DNA of 64,000 nt from the NCBI GenBank assembly GCA_033762915.1, contig JANRLD010000025.1, positions 1-64,000 of the forward strand, read 5' to 3'. Every line of letters starts with the position of its first letter. Positions within the stretch are counted from its first letter, which is position 1. The stretch is from Meiothermus sp. GTDB lineage: Bacteria; Deinococcota; Deinococci; Deinococcales; Thermaceae. The position numbers were made by a program, and so were the translations under genes. Below, piece after piece: positions 10,701-19,502 of this stretch. Under the pieces are notes generated by a model. The model did not search any database. It saw only the letters and a program-made list of their open reading frames with translations, and was not told the DNA's origin.

Positions 10701-11113
10701 GGGCGAACGGTCTCGGACGGGGTGAACTGCCCCGCGTACACCAGCCGGCCGTCGGGCCGGAAGAAGGCCATATACTCGATGCTGTTGGCGTACATCGAGC
10801 TGGGGGTGATGTTGGTCTGGAGGAAGCCGGGGTCGGGACGGGCCATGAAGGCGTAGCTGTCGTCCCAGAGCGCCCAGTCGGTGGTCAGGTTGAGCAAATC
10901 GAGCTTGGCCTGATTGAGCCCTTGGTGCACCACCTCGGCCTGATGTATGAGCTGCTCTCGCTCTAGTCGCACGAAATTAGGCATCAGGCCTTGCCACAGC
11001 AGGAAGGCGGCCAGCCCCACGAAGGACAGGCCGCCCAGCCACAACCCTAGGGTTTTTCCCAGTCCCTCGGGCACCTTGCGCCCCGCCGGGACGGGCTTAA
11101 CCTTCAAATACAT
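7772..11113 (-). CDS. Membrane CHASE4-PAS-PAS-PAS-GGDEF-EAL c-di-GMP signalling protein
   Basis: TM helix, CHASE4 motif DWALWDDSY, second TM, three PAS/PAC repeats, HDALTGLGNR, RLED-x5-SGDEF, ESLVRW and DDFGSGYAS. Start placed at ATG 11113 because TATCCT lies 7 nt upstream and the longer ORF overlaps the next gene. Confidence 0.92.
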   Translation of the reverse strand: MYLKVKPVPAGRKVPEGLGKTLGLWLGGLSFVGLAAFLLWQGLMPNFVRLEREQLIHQAEVVHQGLNQAKLDLLNLTTDWALWDDSYAFMARPDPGFLQTNITPSSMYANSIEYMAFFRPDGRLVYAGQFTPSETVRPSSLAVAELRRLVETRLATGFIRVDGSLLLVASVQVLPTGGEGLSRGYLVLARRFDLGKFSLPDPANTNVRLTLTPASAPSAVGRGGSSRISHGRVEPLNERTQQISIFVPDISGRVIARLELVQNRYLSLLGQQIVNSSILASAAVALLFVLLGRTLVRRLETQQHERLALERRYRALVQQAAEGIALLDSRSFAVLEANHSLGELLDYGREELVGRSMLDLVAYQASWTVRRLEAVLAGQPMSGEYQLRRRDGSLVSVEGSVSAVVEGQDSFLLLVMHSVQARKEAETALKSSQEALQKITDAMLDCVVQASLEGQIRFVTPSIYNLLGYSVERMLGANILDFVEPRFREEVGAYLERAAHFGVEPAPLILQVRHADGRTVYLEALGGPIHKEGEAAVFQFGFRDVSARVAAERAVRQHKTLLQQVTDGMLDVVMLCDLEARIEYVTPSSEHLFGYKPEEMMGMNALELIHPEHQERALEALAQGLADPANPANTRIEVMDVRKDGTPVWVEVVGNVIYQGGQPHKLLFGSRDITQRKSYESQIAHQALHDALTGLGNRRMLEDRAAHTIAIAQRKGWSVSLILLDVDRFKNINDTLGHFAGDELLVQIARLLGECIRLEDTLVRYSGDEFAILLTDANPASARKVAERILTSLSKPLELRGHKLQVSVSIGIASSPRDGSEITDLLKAADIAMYQAKRAGAGIVVYDPSQNPYSEEHLHLEASLRQAVSSQVFEFHYQPIFDLRSQRIVSVESLVRWNQQGQWVSPARFIPLAEELRLIERIDTLGLRRALEWLKAHSQLPLEVSLNLSAQTLRDPTLPQHVGRLLEEFDLSAQQLIFEITETALLSDLKSAQQVLGELRALGAKIALDDFGSGYASVAYLRHLPIDRLKLDRTLVLNIGGGEAGEQLLRAMIQLGHTLGMEVLAEGVETLEQMDWLRQHGCDLIQGYYIAKPQPVPALMELLANRAREAARA

Positions 11114-11189
11114 AGGGCTCAGGATACAGAGGCCACTCACATATCCCTGTGACAAATACCTGTAACTCTGGGCCGCAAAGTAACGCGGC

Positions 11190-13958
11190 CTAGAGGAGCA
11201 GAGCCAGCCGATCCTCTGGGGCCAGGGGTGAGATCGTGCCCAAACGGGTCTCGAGCTGCTGCTGGGGCCAGATCTTGCCCAGCACCCGGCCCAGTTGGGC
11301 GCGGTAGGGGGCGGGAAGGAAACCGGAGCCCTGCAGCTTGGCCCAGGCCGCCTCCTCCTGGCCCAGCCCCAGCAGGGCCTGGGTCTCGAGGCCCAGCTTC
11401 CAGGTCTGCACACCGGGGTCGGGCAGGTCGCTAATCTGCACCCCCTGGGCCAGGGCCTCAGCCCATTTCTGCTGCCGGGCCAGGGTCTCGGCATAGCCCA
11501 GCCGGGCCTGGGCCTCGAAGAAGGGGTCGTTCTGCTTGAGGTAGCCAAACATCATGACCTCGGACTCGGCGGCCGGCATCAGCAGCGAGAGCTTGAGCGC
11601 CACGTCCACCGAAAGGGCGTTGTAGCGGTCGCCGGGAAGCCCCTTGCTGACCAGTTCCTCGCGCAGCCGGCGCAGGATGGCCTCGGCCTGGGGGGCTACC
11701 TGCCCGCCCACGTAGGGCGGAAGGTAAGGCAGGCCGCTGGAGCGCACCCAGTAGGCCACCGCGATGCGGTACAGGGTGCGGCGGTGGCGGTAGTGGGCCT
11801 CCTCCGGGCGCTCACGCACCTCGCGCAGGTACGCCTCGGCCTGTGAGAGCAGCTCGAGGGCCTGCAGGGGCCGCCCACGGGCCAGCTCCAGCACCCCCGC
11901 TTCGCTCTGCGCCCTGGCCCGGATAAAGGGGTCGGCGGCCTCGCGGATGGCCGAGTAGAGGTACTGCTCAGACTCCTCGAACTTGCCGATGCGCCGCAGC
12001 ACCGTGCCGAAGCGGGCGCGAACGCGGGCCACTTCTTCAGGGGGAGCGCCCGCACCCTCCAGCGCCGCCAAGCCGTGCCGCATCTGCCCCTCGGCCTCGT
12101 AAACCCGGCCCAGCCGCAGCAGCAGGTCGCCGGACTGATACCTGGCCCGACCGGAGAGCAGTGGATCGTGGGCGACCTGTTTGAGCGCCTCGAGAGCCTC
12201 CGAGAAGCGCCCGGCGTCCTTGGCCACCAGACCCTGCCACAGCCGCACCCGGTCGGCCAGAAACGGCGGGATGGGCCGCTCCAGGGCCCGCTGCACGTAG
12301 GTGTCGGCCTGGGTGTAGTCGCCCTGCCAGCGCTCCACCGCGGCCCAGACCAGCAGCCCCTCGGCCCCGATCTCGCCCTGAAGGGTTTCGGGGGGCGGAA
12401 GCAGGGCCAGTGCGCCGGCAAAGTCCCCCGCGTCCACCCGCGCTTCCGCCGCCTTTACCCGCGCCCAGGACTGGGTGACCGGGTCGGCGGAGGAGGACAG
12501 CAGTTGCAGCGCCTCGAGGGCCTCCGGGTGGGCGTACTGGCCCAGCACCGCCCGGTAGCGGACCACCGCCATCGCCAGCTGTTCGCGCTCACCGCGCCCC
12601 CAGCCGGCCGAGGCCGCCCACAGCCCCGGCAGCAGCGAAAGGCGGCTGGGGTCCTGGGCCAGCAGTCGCAGCAGGGTCTCGAGCTTGTGTGCACCCAGCG
12701 CGTGGTGGAGCTGCCGAAACAGGTCGTCGCGGAAATACTCGAGGGCCAGGCTGTGCAGGATGCGGGCCTCCTTGGCGGGCACCTGAGGCAGCAGCGAGCG
12801 TAGCGAGGGACGCACCCTACTTTCCCCTACCGGGGTGAGCAGGGCACGCTCGGCCTGGGAAAGCTGCTCCAGACTCTTGCCCAGCACCTGCTCCAGCAGC
12901 GGGGTGGGGATGGCGGGGTCGGCCTCCGGCGAGAGCACCGCCAGGGCCTGCAACAGCGGGCGCAGGGTGGTGTCCTGGGCCAGCGCATCGCTGACCTGGG
13001 CTGGGGCGTTCTGACGCTCGCCGCGCTCGCTGCTGTAGGTCTCGAGCAGCACCAGCCGCGACAGCTCAGCGAAATTGCGCCCGGCCTGGTTCACCAGCGC
13101 CTCTACCCGCTCGGGCGGCAGGTCGGGCACCCGGTCTTTGACGTAGCGGCGGGCCTCCGCCCGGCTAGGCGCGGAAAGCGGACTCCAGGCCAGGCTGGGG
13201 GGCGGCTCGGACAGCCCGACCAGGTAAGGGACGGTGAGGCGGCGCAGCAACGGCTCGAGCCAGGCCGCCAGCCCCACCGGGTTGCCGTCGGGGTCGCGCA
13301 GGCTGAGGCCCCCGATCTGCCCTTCGCGCTCGGCCCGCAGCAAGAGGGGCCTGCCGTGGGCATTGAGGGCCTTGGCCAGCTCGGCCCGCAGTTCGTCCTG
13401 CAAGGCCGCCTGCAGCGCGTAGGGCTGGGTCGGGCTGAGCTGGGCCAGGGTGGTCTCCAGCTCCACCCCTATCTTTTCGGCCAGGGGGTAGAGGTGCTGC
13501 CCCAGTTCGCCCCCCAGGTTCACCATCAGGGTCTCGCCGCTGGCCCGCTCCACCGCCGAGAGCAGCACCCCCTTGCCGGTCACCGCCCCGCCGACCACCA
13601 CCATCTGGGGCTTTTCGCCCTGCTCGAGACCCCGCACGAACTTTCGGAACAAGCGCCGCTTATCGCGCCCCAGCGCCCGCCGGGCCGACTCGAGGGTCAG
13701 TTCGCTGGGCAGCTCAGGCGCCTCAAGGCCAGACTCGGTGTACAAATCGGCGATCACCTCGAACAGCCGCAGCTTCTCCTCGGGACTGCCCAGGTCTTTA
13801 TACAGAATGTTCCGCACCGTCCCGGCCCGCCCGCCCCTCTCGGCGACGGCGGCCTCGAGCCATCTCAAGCTGCCTTTCTTGCCCCGATGGTCGCGCCCGG
13901 TAAGGGTAGGGCGGAGGGTCTCAAGATGGGTTTGCCAGAGTGTACTAACATCGCTCAC
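11190..13958 (-). CDS. Large TPR-repeat protein with N-terminal helical domain and degenerate P-loop
   Basis: 922 aa. 'VVVGGAVTGKGVLL' is Walker-A-like. The C-terminal half consists of A/L/G-rich TPR-like helical repeats. Confidence 0.75.
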   Translation of the reverse strand: MSDVSTLWQTHLETLRPTLTGRDHRGKKGSLRWLEAAVAERGGRAGTVRNILYKDLGSPEEKLRLFEVIADLYTESGLEAPELPSELTLESARRALGRDKRRLFRKFVRGLEQGEKPQMVVVGGAVTGKGVLLSAVERASGETLMVNLGGELGQHLYPLAEKIGVELETTLAQLSPTQPYALQAALQDELRAELAKALNAHGRPLLLRAEREGQIGGLSLRDPDGNPVGLAAWLEPLLRRLTVPYLVGLSEPPPSLAWSPLSAPSRAEARRYVKDRVPDLPPERVEALVNQAGRNFAELSRLVLLETYSSERGERQNAPAQVSDALAQDTTLRPLLQALAVLSPEADPAIPTPLLEQVLGKSLEQLSQAERALLTPVGESRVRPSLRSLLPQVPAKEARILHSLALEYFRDDLFRQLHHALGAHKLETLLRLLAQDPSRLSLLPGLWAASAGWGRGEREQLAMAVVRYRAVLGQYAHPEALEALQLLSSSADPVTQSWARVKAAEARVDAGDFAGALALLPPPETLQGEIGAEGLLVWAAVERWQGDYTQADTYVQRALERPIPPFLADRVRLWQGLVAKDAGRFSEALEALKQVAHDPLLSGRARYQSGDLLLRLGRVYEAEGQMRHGLAALEGAGAPPEEVARVRARFGTVLRRIGKFEESEQYLYSAIREAADPFIRARAQSEAGVLELARGRPLQALELLSQAEAYLREVRERPEEAHYRHRRTLYRIAVAYWVRSSGLPYLPPYVGGQVAPQAEAILRRLREELVSKGLPGDRYNALSVDVALKLSLLMPAAESEVMMFGYLKQNDPFFEAQARLGYAETLARQQKWAEALAQGVQISDLPDPGVQTWKLGLETQALLGLGQEEAAWAKLQGSGFLPAPYRAQLGRVLGKIWPQQQLETRLGTISPLAPEDRLALLL

Positions 13959-14188
13959 GATAATTACACTATATCAGAGCCAGCCCTATCGGAGCGGCGG
14001 GCTCGGCGCTATCAACCCTACACACCTGGCTCGAGCCGGACGCGGGAACACCATCGGGTTCGTTGCTCGAGCCTCGAGGTCTGGCTTGCCGACCGGCCCG
14101 TACCGCAGATTAACCCTCCATTGCGTTCCTCAAGCCCGACCTCCCGTCCATCAGCCCCGGCTCATCATTGCCCTGATATGATTGAGGC

Positions 14189-14725
14189 ATGAGACGCCTT
14201 CTCGCGCTCCTCACGCTGGTGACGGGCCTGGCCTTCGCCCAGGTGCCGGCCTACAACGAAAACACCGTGGGTCTGGGTTTTGGGATCAGCCCGCTGAACA
14301 GCGGGCGGCCCAACATGCTGATCGTGCAGGGCAGCTTCGGTCTGCCCTTCAGCCCGCTGGGGATCGACACCGGCCTAGAGGTCGAGGGGCTGGTCCCCAC
14401 CAGCTTCGACGGCATAGAGATCTGGGCCATGGTTAAGGCCAATCTGCTGCCCGCCCTGGTGGTGGCCGACCTGCCGCTGTCGGTGGGCCTGGGGCTGGAC
14501 TTGAGCTTCGACACCCGCGCCTCGGTCTTCGGCACCCACCTCGGCCCCATCGCCACCTTGGAAATCCCCGGCGGGGCCCTGTCGGGCTACCTGGGGCTCG
14601 GCCTCGAGGGCGGCTTCAACCTGGCCTATGGCCTGGCCGGGCGCCTCTACCTCGACCCGGTAGCGCTCGAGCTAGGCCTCTCCGACCGCTACGCGCTCAA
14701 GATCGCCGTGCTGTATCTGTACTGA
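14189..14725 (+). CDS. Secreted small outer-membrane beta-barrel-like protein
   Basis: Signal peptide ending AFA-Q, alternating hydrophobic beta-strands, C-terminal aromatic residues (VLYLY). Confidence 0.7.
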   Translation: MRRLLALLTLVTGLAFAQVPAYNENTVGLGFGISPLNSGRPNMLIVQGSFGLPFSPLGIDTGLEVEGLVPTSFDGIEIWAMVKANLLPALVVADLPLSVGLGLDLSFDTRASVFGTHLGPIATLEIPGGALSGYLGLGLEGGFNLAYGLAGRLYLDPVALELGLSDRYALKIAVLYLY

Positions 14726-14837
14726 AGTCGTACATCGTACGCGAAACGTTGAAAGCCAGGCACGGCGGGCTCGAGACGGGGTGATGGTGCCCCCTCGAGC
14801 CCGCCTTGAGTTTTCGACGACCTACAACGGAAGAAGC

Positions 14838-15320
14838 CTAGCGAAAAATCATGCAGGTCGTGGTGGAGTGGGCATAGACCTTGCCCGCCCCATCTTTGAT
14901 GTAACCCTCGGCGGTGGCCTGCCGTCCGCCCAGGTAGATCACGCGTCCCTCGCAAAAAACCTCGCCAGTCTGAGCAGTCATGGGCCGGAGGTAGTTCACC
15001 TTCAGCTCGAGAGTGGTGTAGCCCACCCCTTTGGGCAGTTGGGAGTGGACCGCGCAGCCCATGACCGAGTCCAGCAGAGTACACGCCACGCCCCCATGGA
15101 CGCTGCCGATGGGGTTGTAGTGGTACTCGGCGGGCGTGAACCTAAAGACCACCCGCCCTGCCTCCACCTCGTGCGGCTGGAAGTTCATCAGCTGGCCGAT
15201 GGGGGGCCAGGGCAGCTCGCCGCGCTGCATGGCCTGTAGGTACTCGAGGCCGCTCAGGTCGCGGGCGGCACTCGCGCCGATCATGGGGTCTTGCCAGGTG
15301 AAGCTACGCTCGCGGGTCAT
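14838..15320 (-). CDS. PaaI-family hotdog thioesterase
   Basis: NPIGSVHGGVACTLLDS and TLELKVNYLRP motifs. Confidence 0.93.
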   Translation of the reverse strand: MTRERSFTWQDPMIGASAARDLSGLEYLQAMQRGELPWPPIGQLMNFQPHEVEAGRVVFRFTPAEYHYNPIGSVHGGVACTLLDSVMGCAVHSQLPKGVGYTTLELKVNYLRPMTAQTGEVFCEGRVIYLGGRQATAEGYIKDGAGKVYAHSTTTCMIFR

Positions 15321-15892
15321 GGTTGCTCCTTGAGGTGCCGGCGGTTGAGCCGGAGGATTTCGTCGCTGAGGCCGGGATCGGAGGCGGCTCGAGCCAGCAC
15401 CATTGCCCCGACCATGCTCGAGAGCATCAGCACCGCCTGGTGCCGACGCTCGGCCTCGTCTTCTCCGGGCATCCAGACACTCAGCCGGCTAAGGACATCG
15501 CCCACTGCCTCTCCCAGTGCGGCCCGGACCTCCGGGCCGTGCCGCACCAGTTCGGGCGAGAGGATGGGCAGGGCACAGCCGGTCTCGGGGTTGTCGCGGT
15601 GCGAGCGGCTCAGGTACTGGTTGACCAGCAGGGACAGGCGTTCAGGCAGCGGGAGCGCCTCGAGCTTTTCGGCGAAGTCGTCCCAAATCTCCCGCAAGCC
15701 CTGCCGCACCGACTCTGCCAGCAGTTGCTCCTTGCTCTCGAAGTGGGCGTAGAACCCCCCGTGGGTCAACCCTACCGCCCGCATCACCTCCGGTACACTG
15801 ACCCCCCCCGCCCCCTTCTGGCGAAAAGCCCGTGTCGCTGCCGAGAGGATTCTCTGTCGGACGGCGGGCTTGTGGGTCTTGGGGTAGGGCAT
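15317..15892 (-). CDS. TetR/AcrR-family transcriptional regulator
   Basis: HTH 'VSVPEVMRAVGLTHGGFYAHFESKEQL'. 4-bp overlap with the thioesterase gene. Confidence 0.95.
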   Translation of the reverse strand: MPYPKTHKPAVRQRILSAATRAFRQKGAGGVSVPEVMRAVGLTHGGFYAHFESKEQLLAESVRQGLREIWDDFAEKLEALPLPERLSLLVNQYLSRSHRDNPETGCALPILSPELVRHGPEVRAALGEAVGDVLSRLSVWMPGEDEAERRHQAVLMLSSMVGAMVLARAASDPGLSDEILRLNRRHLKEQP

Positions 15893-15912
15893 AATATGAT
15901 TATTATCATATT
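15893..15912. promoter_or_regulatory. Probable TetR autoregulatory operator
   Basis: Perfect palindrome AATATGAT-tatt-ATCATATT abutting the tetR start. It overlaps a minus-strand TTGACT-N18-TATGAT promoter. Confidence 0.75.
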
Positions 15913-16005
15913 TTCAAACATCGGGCAGAGTCAAGCAGTGCGGCCAGGGCGCAGGGAAAGCCGGACGAGTCGGGGAACAGTCACACCGGGTGAGCGCATC
16001 CCTCT

Positions 16006-16157
16006 GAGCGGTTCCCACCCATACTCCCTACGGCGCTAAAGCGGGCGGTTTTTGCTGTAGAGCGGTTGCCACGAACACTAACAGAATCTCCGCTTTAGCG
16101 CACGCTTTAGCGCACGCTTTAGCGCAGCACTGTGGGCGGAGTATGGGTGGGAAACGC
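16006..16157. repeat. MITE/REP-like palindromic element, copy 1, with an internal 12-bp tandem repeat
   Basis: 20-bp terminal inverted repeats GCGGTTCCCACCCATACTCC (16008-16027) / GGAGTATGGGTGGGAAACGC (16138-16157) with 1 mismatch. CGCTTTAGCGCA x3 at 16091-16126. Confidence 0.8.
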
Positions 16158-16218
16158 GGTCTGTACCCCAAACAGCCCATTCTCATCAGGTGAACCCGTT
16201 ATAGTAGCCCTTCGAGAT

Positions 16219-17067
16219 ATGCGACGCTCGAACGCCCAGTGGTTCGCCCTTCCAGCCGTCGGCCTGCTGGGGCTTTTTCTGTTGTATCCATTTCTGGATG
16301 TGATTCGCTTCTCGACCTGGGACTGGTCCGGGCTTTCCGACCCCCGACCGATCGGGCTCGAGAATTACGCCACCATCTGGCGCGATCCCGACTTCTGGGG
16401 CAGCCTGCGCATCACCCTAATCTTCGGGGTGATGACCCTGATCCCCTTCGTGATTCTTTCGGTGCTGCTGGCTCTGGCGCTAGACGGGCAACCCTACGAG
16501 CGGGGGGTTAAGGCCCTGCTCTTCCTGCCGGGGCTGGTCACGCTGGGCGGGGCCACGGTGGCCTGGTACACCCTGTTCAGCCCAGAATACGGGGCCCTGG
16601 CCTCGATCCTCCCGGTGCCCCGGTGGGACCAGAGCCAAGTCTGGGCCCTGATCCTGATCATGCTCTTCACCATCTGGCGGCACCTGGGCTACGGGGTGCT
16701 GGTGGTCTCGGCACGGCTTAAGGCCATCCCCAGGGCGCTGCTCGAGGCTGCCGCCGTGGACGGGGCCACCGCCTCCCAGGCCTTTCGCTTCATCACCCTG
16801 CCGCTGCTGCGCCCTGCCCTGACCTTTCTAGTGGTGATTGGAACGGTGCTCTCGCTGCAATCTTATACGGCCGTCTTCCTGCTAACCCGGGGCGGCCCCT
16901 TCGGCGGGACGGAGGTGTTGGGCTACTTCCTCTACAAGACCGGCTTCGAGTCTAGCCGCCTAGGCTACGCCGCCGCCCTCACGGTCGTGATTCTGATCCT
17001 CACCCTCAGCTTCGCGCTGGCCCAGGCCCGGCTGCTGCGCGGCAACGACGACCGGGAGAACGCATGA
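16219..17067 (+). CDS. Carbohydrate (CUT1, UgpA-like) ABC transporter permease
   Basis: IGLENY, EAA loop (LLEAAAVDGA...FRFITLPLL), LTRGGP. Start moved to ATG 16219 because the upstream extension runs into the repeat. Confidence 0.9.
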   Translation: MRRSNAQWFALPAVGLLGLFLLYPFLDVIRFSTWDWSGLSDPRPIGLENYATIWRDPDFWGSLRITLIFGVMTLIPFVILSVLLALALDGQPYERGVKALLFLPGLVTLGGATVAWYTLFSPEYGALASILPVPRWDQSQVWALILIMLFTIWRHLGYGVLVVSARLKAIPRALLEAAAVDGATASQAFRFITLPLLRPALTFLVVIGTVLSLQSYTAVFLLTRGGPFGGTEVLGYFLYKTGFESSRLGYAAALTVVILILTLSFALAQARLLRGNDDRENA

Positions 17068-17858
17068 ACGCCCTCCGCCATGCCTTCGTCTTCGTGGTGG
17101 CCTTCCTGGTCGCGCTGCCCTTCATCTGGATGGCCTACGCGGCCTTCATCCCGCCCGAGCTGATCTTTTCGGGGAACATTCTGGGGCAGTTCGGGTTCAG
17201 CCTCGAGAACTTCGCGGTGCTGTCGCAGGGCGGGTTCTGGGAGGGCTTTTGGGGCCGCCTGCTCTACTCGGTGCTGCTGACTGGCGGCGTAACCTTACTG
17301 CAGCTGTTGACCGCCTTCCTGGCCGCCTACGCAATCCGCGAGGGGGCCAAGGTGCTGCCACTGTTCTTGATCATGATGGCCATTCCGGTGGAGCTGCTGC
17401 TGGTTCCGCTGTACGGGCTGCTGCAGAACCTGCGCCTGCTGGACAGCATCTGGGCCCTGATCCTGCCCTTCGCGGCCAGCCCCTTCATCGTCTACCTGAT
17501 GTTCCAGGGGATGCGCACGGTGCCCGAGGAGTTGCTCGAGGCGGCCCGCCTGGACGGTGCGGACCACCGCGTCCTGCTCAGCCAAATCCTCTTCCCCCTC
17601 CTGCGCCCGCAGCTCATCGCCGCCGGAGTGCTGGCCTTCGCGGCCCACTGGAACCTGGTGCTCTACCCCCGCATCGTGGCGGGTTCGGACGACCTTAAGA
17701 CGGTGCAGACCTGGATCACCGACCTTCAGCGCCAGAACCCCGCCGATTGGGGGCCGCTCTCGGCGGCGGCTCTGGCCGCGACGCTGCCCCTGGTAATCAT
17801 CTACCTGATCTACGAGCGGCGTATTGTGGAGACGTTCGAAGAGGGCCTGAAGGGGTAG
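17064..17858 (+). CDS. Carbohydrate (CUT1, UgpE-like) ABC transporter permease
   Basis: EAA loop 'PEELLEAARLDGA', WN motif, ATGA overlap with the previous gene. Confidence 0.92.
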   Translation: MNALRHAFVFVVAFLVALPFIWMAYAAFIPPELIFSGNILGQFGFSLENFAVLSQGGFWEGFWGRLLYSVLLTGGVTLLQLLTAFLAAYAIREGAKVLPLFLIMMAIPVELLLVPLYGLLQNLRLLDSIWALILPFAASPFIVYLMFQGMRTVPEELLEAARLDGADHRVLLSQILFPLLRPQLIAAGVLAFAAHWNLVLYPRIVAGSDDLKTVQTWITDLQRQNPADWGPLSAAALAATLPLVIIYLIYERRIVETFEEGLKG

Positions 17859-18227
17859 GGCGCTGGAAACGGCAGCCAACGTCGCGCGACCCCCAAGGCT
17901 GCCGCGCGGCCAGAGATTGTGTGGTCGCCATTGGGTCTTCAAGGGCCGCGCGCAGAGGAGCGCTGTAAAGATCCCGTTATCCAAGCACCGTCGGCATCAC
18001 CGCATCGGGAAGTGCCTTCGACTTGGCCACAAGGGTCACTAGCCACGACTTCGCGGCGACCTGTCCCCCGTTGAGCGTTATCTGGCCTTGCTCTTGCTTT
18101 CCAAAACCTTGTCTTTTCCCTGGTTTGTGGCAGACTAAAGGGCGGCTCGAGGAGTTACCTCAACCCCCGAAGTCAATCCCTGACTCAAAACTTAGGTTCT
18201 TAATCCGGCGAATGGGATACTTGGAGT

Positions 18228-19436
18228 GTGAAGATGCGTCTAGCGGTGGTGGCGTTCATGGCGGGTTCGCTGGGTTTTGTGACGGCCCAGCGCACCGAGA
18301 TTCAGTTCTGGCACACCTCCGGGCCGCCCGCCCAGGAGGTCCTCGAGGCGCAGATCAACGAGTTCAACAGCCGCCAGAGCGAGTACCGCATCGCGGCCCG
18401 ATATGTCGGCGACTTCCGCGAGGGCGGGCTGCGGTTGCTGGCCTCGCTGCGCTCTGGTGGCGCGCCCGACCTCTTCCAGTCAGAAATTTCCTTCCTGGGC
18501 CGGATGGTGCAGGACAACGTGGCGCTGCCCTTGGACGAGTACCTTGGCGGCATTCCCACCGACTTCTTCCCCGGCTTTCTGGGAACCGGCAGGTTCAACG
18601 GCAAGAGCTACGGGATGCCGCTGGGCCTCTCGGTCCCGGTATTCTTCTACAACGCCGACCAATTCAACGCCAGGGGCCTTGCCGCGCCCAAGAACTGGCA
18701 CGACGTGTCCAACGCCGCCCACCGCCTGACCACCAGGGCTGCCAAGGGCTACACCATCTCCTCCGACATCTACAGCTTCAATGTGCTGGTGATGGCCAGG
18801 GGTGGGAGCATCATCAACGCCCAGGGCCGCCCGGACTTCACCAACGCCAAGGTAGTCGAGGCGCTGGAGTACCTGCAGAACATGGTACGGCGCAACATCG
18901 CCCAGAGCCGCAACATCGCCGAGGCCCAGTTTAGCGTGGCGGACTTCCTGCGCACCCGCACCTTCATGGGCATCGCGCCCATCACCACCTGGCCCCTGAT
19001 CGAAGACCGCGCCCCAATTCCCTTTAAACTCGGCGTGGCCGCCGTGCCCCGCAGCGCCGACGGCAAGGTCCCGCTCGCCGGGGCCACCCTGGTGGTACTG
19101 CGCGGGGCCAGCGAGGCCCAGACCAAAGGTTCGGTGGCCTTCTGGCGCTACTTGATGGAGCCGGCCCAGATCGCCCGATGGGTGCGGGCCACGTACTACC
19201 TGCCCATGCGCCGCGCGGCGATGCCCGCCCTCGAGACCTTCTTCGCCGAGGATCCGCGCCGCCGTCTGGCGTTCAGCCAGATCGAGCACGCCGACGTGTG
19301 GATCCAAGACCCCGAGTTTACGGTCTGGTACACCTACCTCGAGGATGCCCTCGAGCGAGCCCTCAAGGGCGGCCAGGACGCCAGACAAGTGCTCGAGGAC
19401 GCCCAGAAACGGGCCAACAGCGTTGAGCGCCGCTGA
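18228..19436 (+). CDS. ABC transporter substrate-binding protein (family 1, UgpB-like)
   Basis: Signal peptide, 'IQFWH', 'GKSYGMP..SVPVFFYN', 'PKNW' and 'YLPMRR' motifs. Confidence 0.9.
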   Translation: MKMRLAVVAFMAGSLGFVTAQRTEIQFWHTSGPPAQEVLEAQINEFNSRQSEYRIAARYVGDFREGGLRLLASLRSGGAPDLFQSEISFLGRMVQDNVALPLDEYLGGIPTDFFPGFLGTGRFNGKSYGMPLGLSVPVFFYNADQFNARGLAAPKNWHDVSNAAHRLTTRAAKGYTISSDIYSFNVLVMARGGSIINAQGRPDFTNAKVVEALEYLQNMVRRNIAQSRNIAEAQFSVADFLRTRTFMGIAPITTWPLIEDRAPIPFKLGVAAVPRSADGKVPLAGATLVVLRGASEAQTKGSVAFWRYLMEPAQIARWVRATYYLPMRRAAMPALETFFAEDPRRRLAFSQIEHADVWIQDPEFTVWYTYLEDALERALKGGQDARQVLEDAQKRANSVERR

Positions 19437-19502
19437 TCGAACTGGGCGGTTAGTGGTTGGCAACTGGGTTATGCTAAGCGCCAGTCGTTCACCGTCCGCC
19501 GC

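Noticed and set aside
11114..11548. N-terminal extension of the GGDEF/EAL ORF to 1258 aa
   Set aside because: Overlaps the TPR gene in another frame and reads as junk; ATG 11113 has a -10 box directly upstream.
16091..16126. Possible CRISPR array
   Set aside because: 12-bp units are directly adjacent with no spacers, and there are no cas genes.
17859..18227. ncRNA or small gene in the 369-bp gap inside the sugar ABC cluster
   Set aside because: Only weak hairpins and no recognisable family or convincing ORF.
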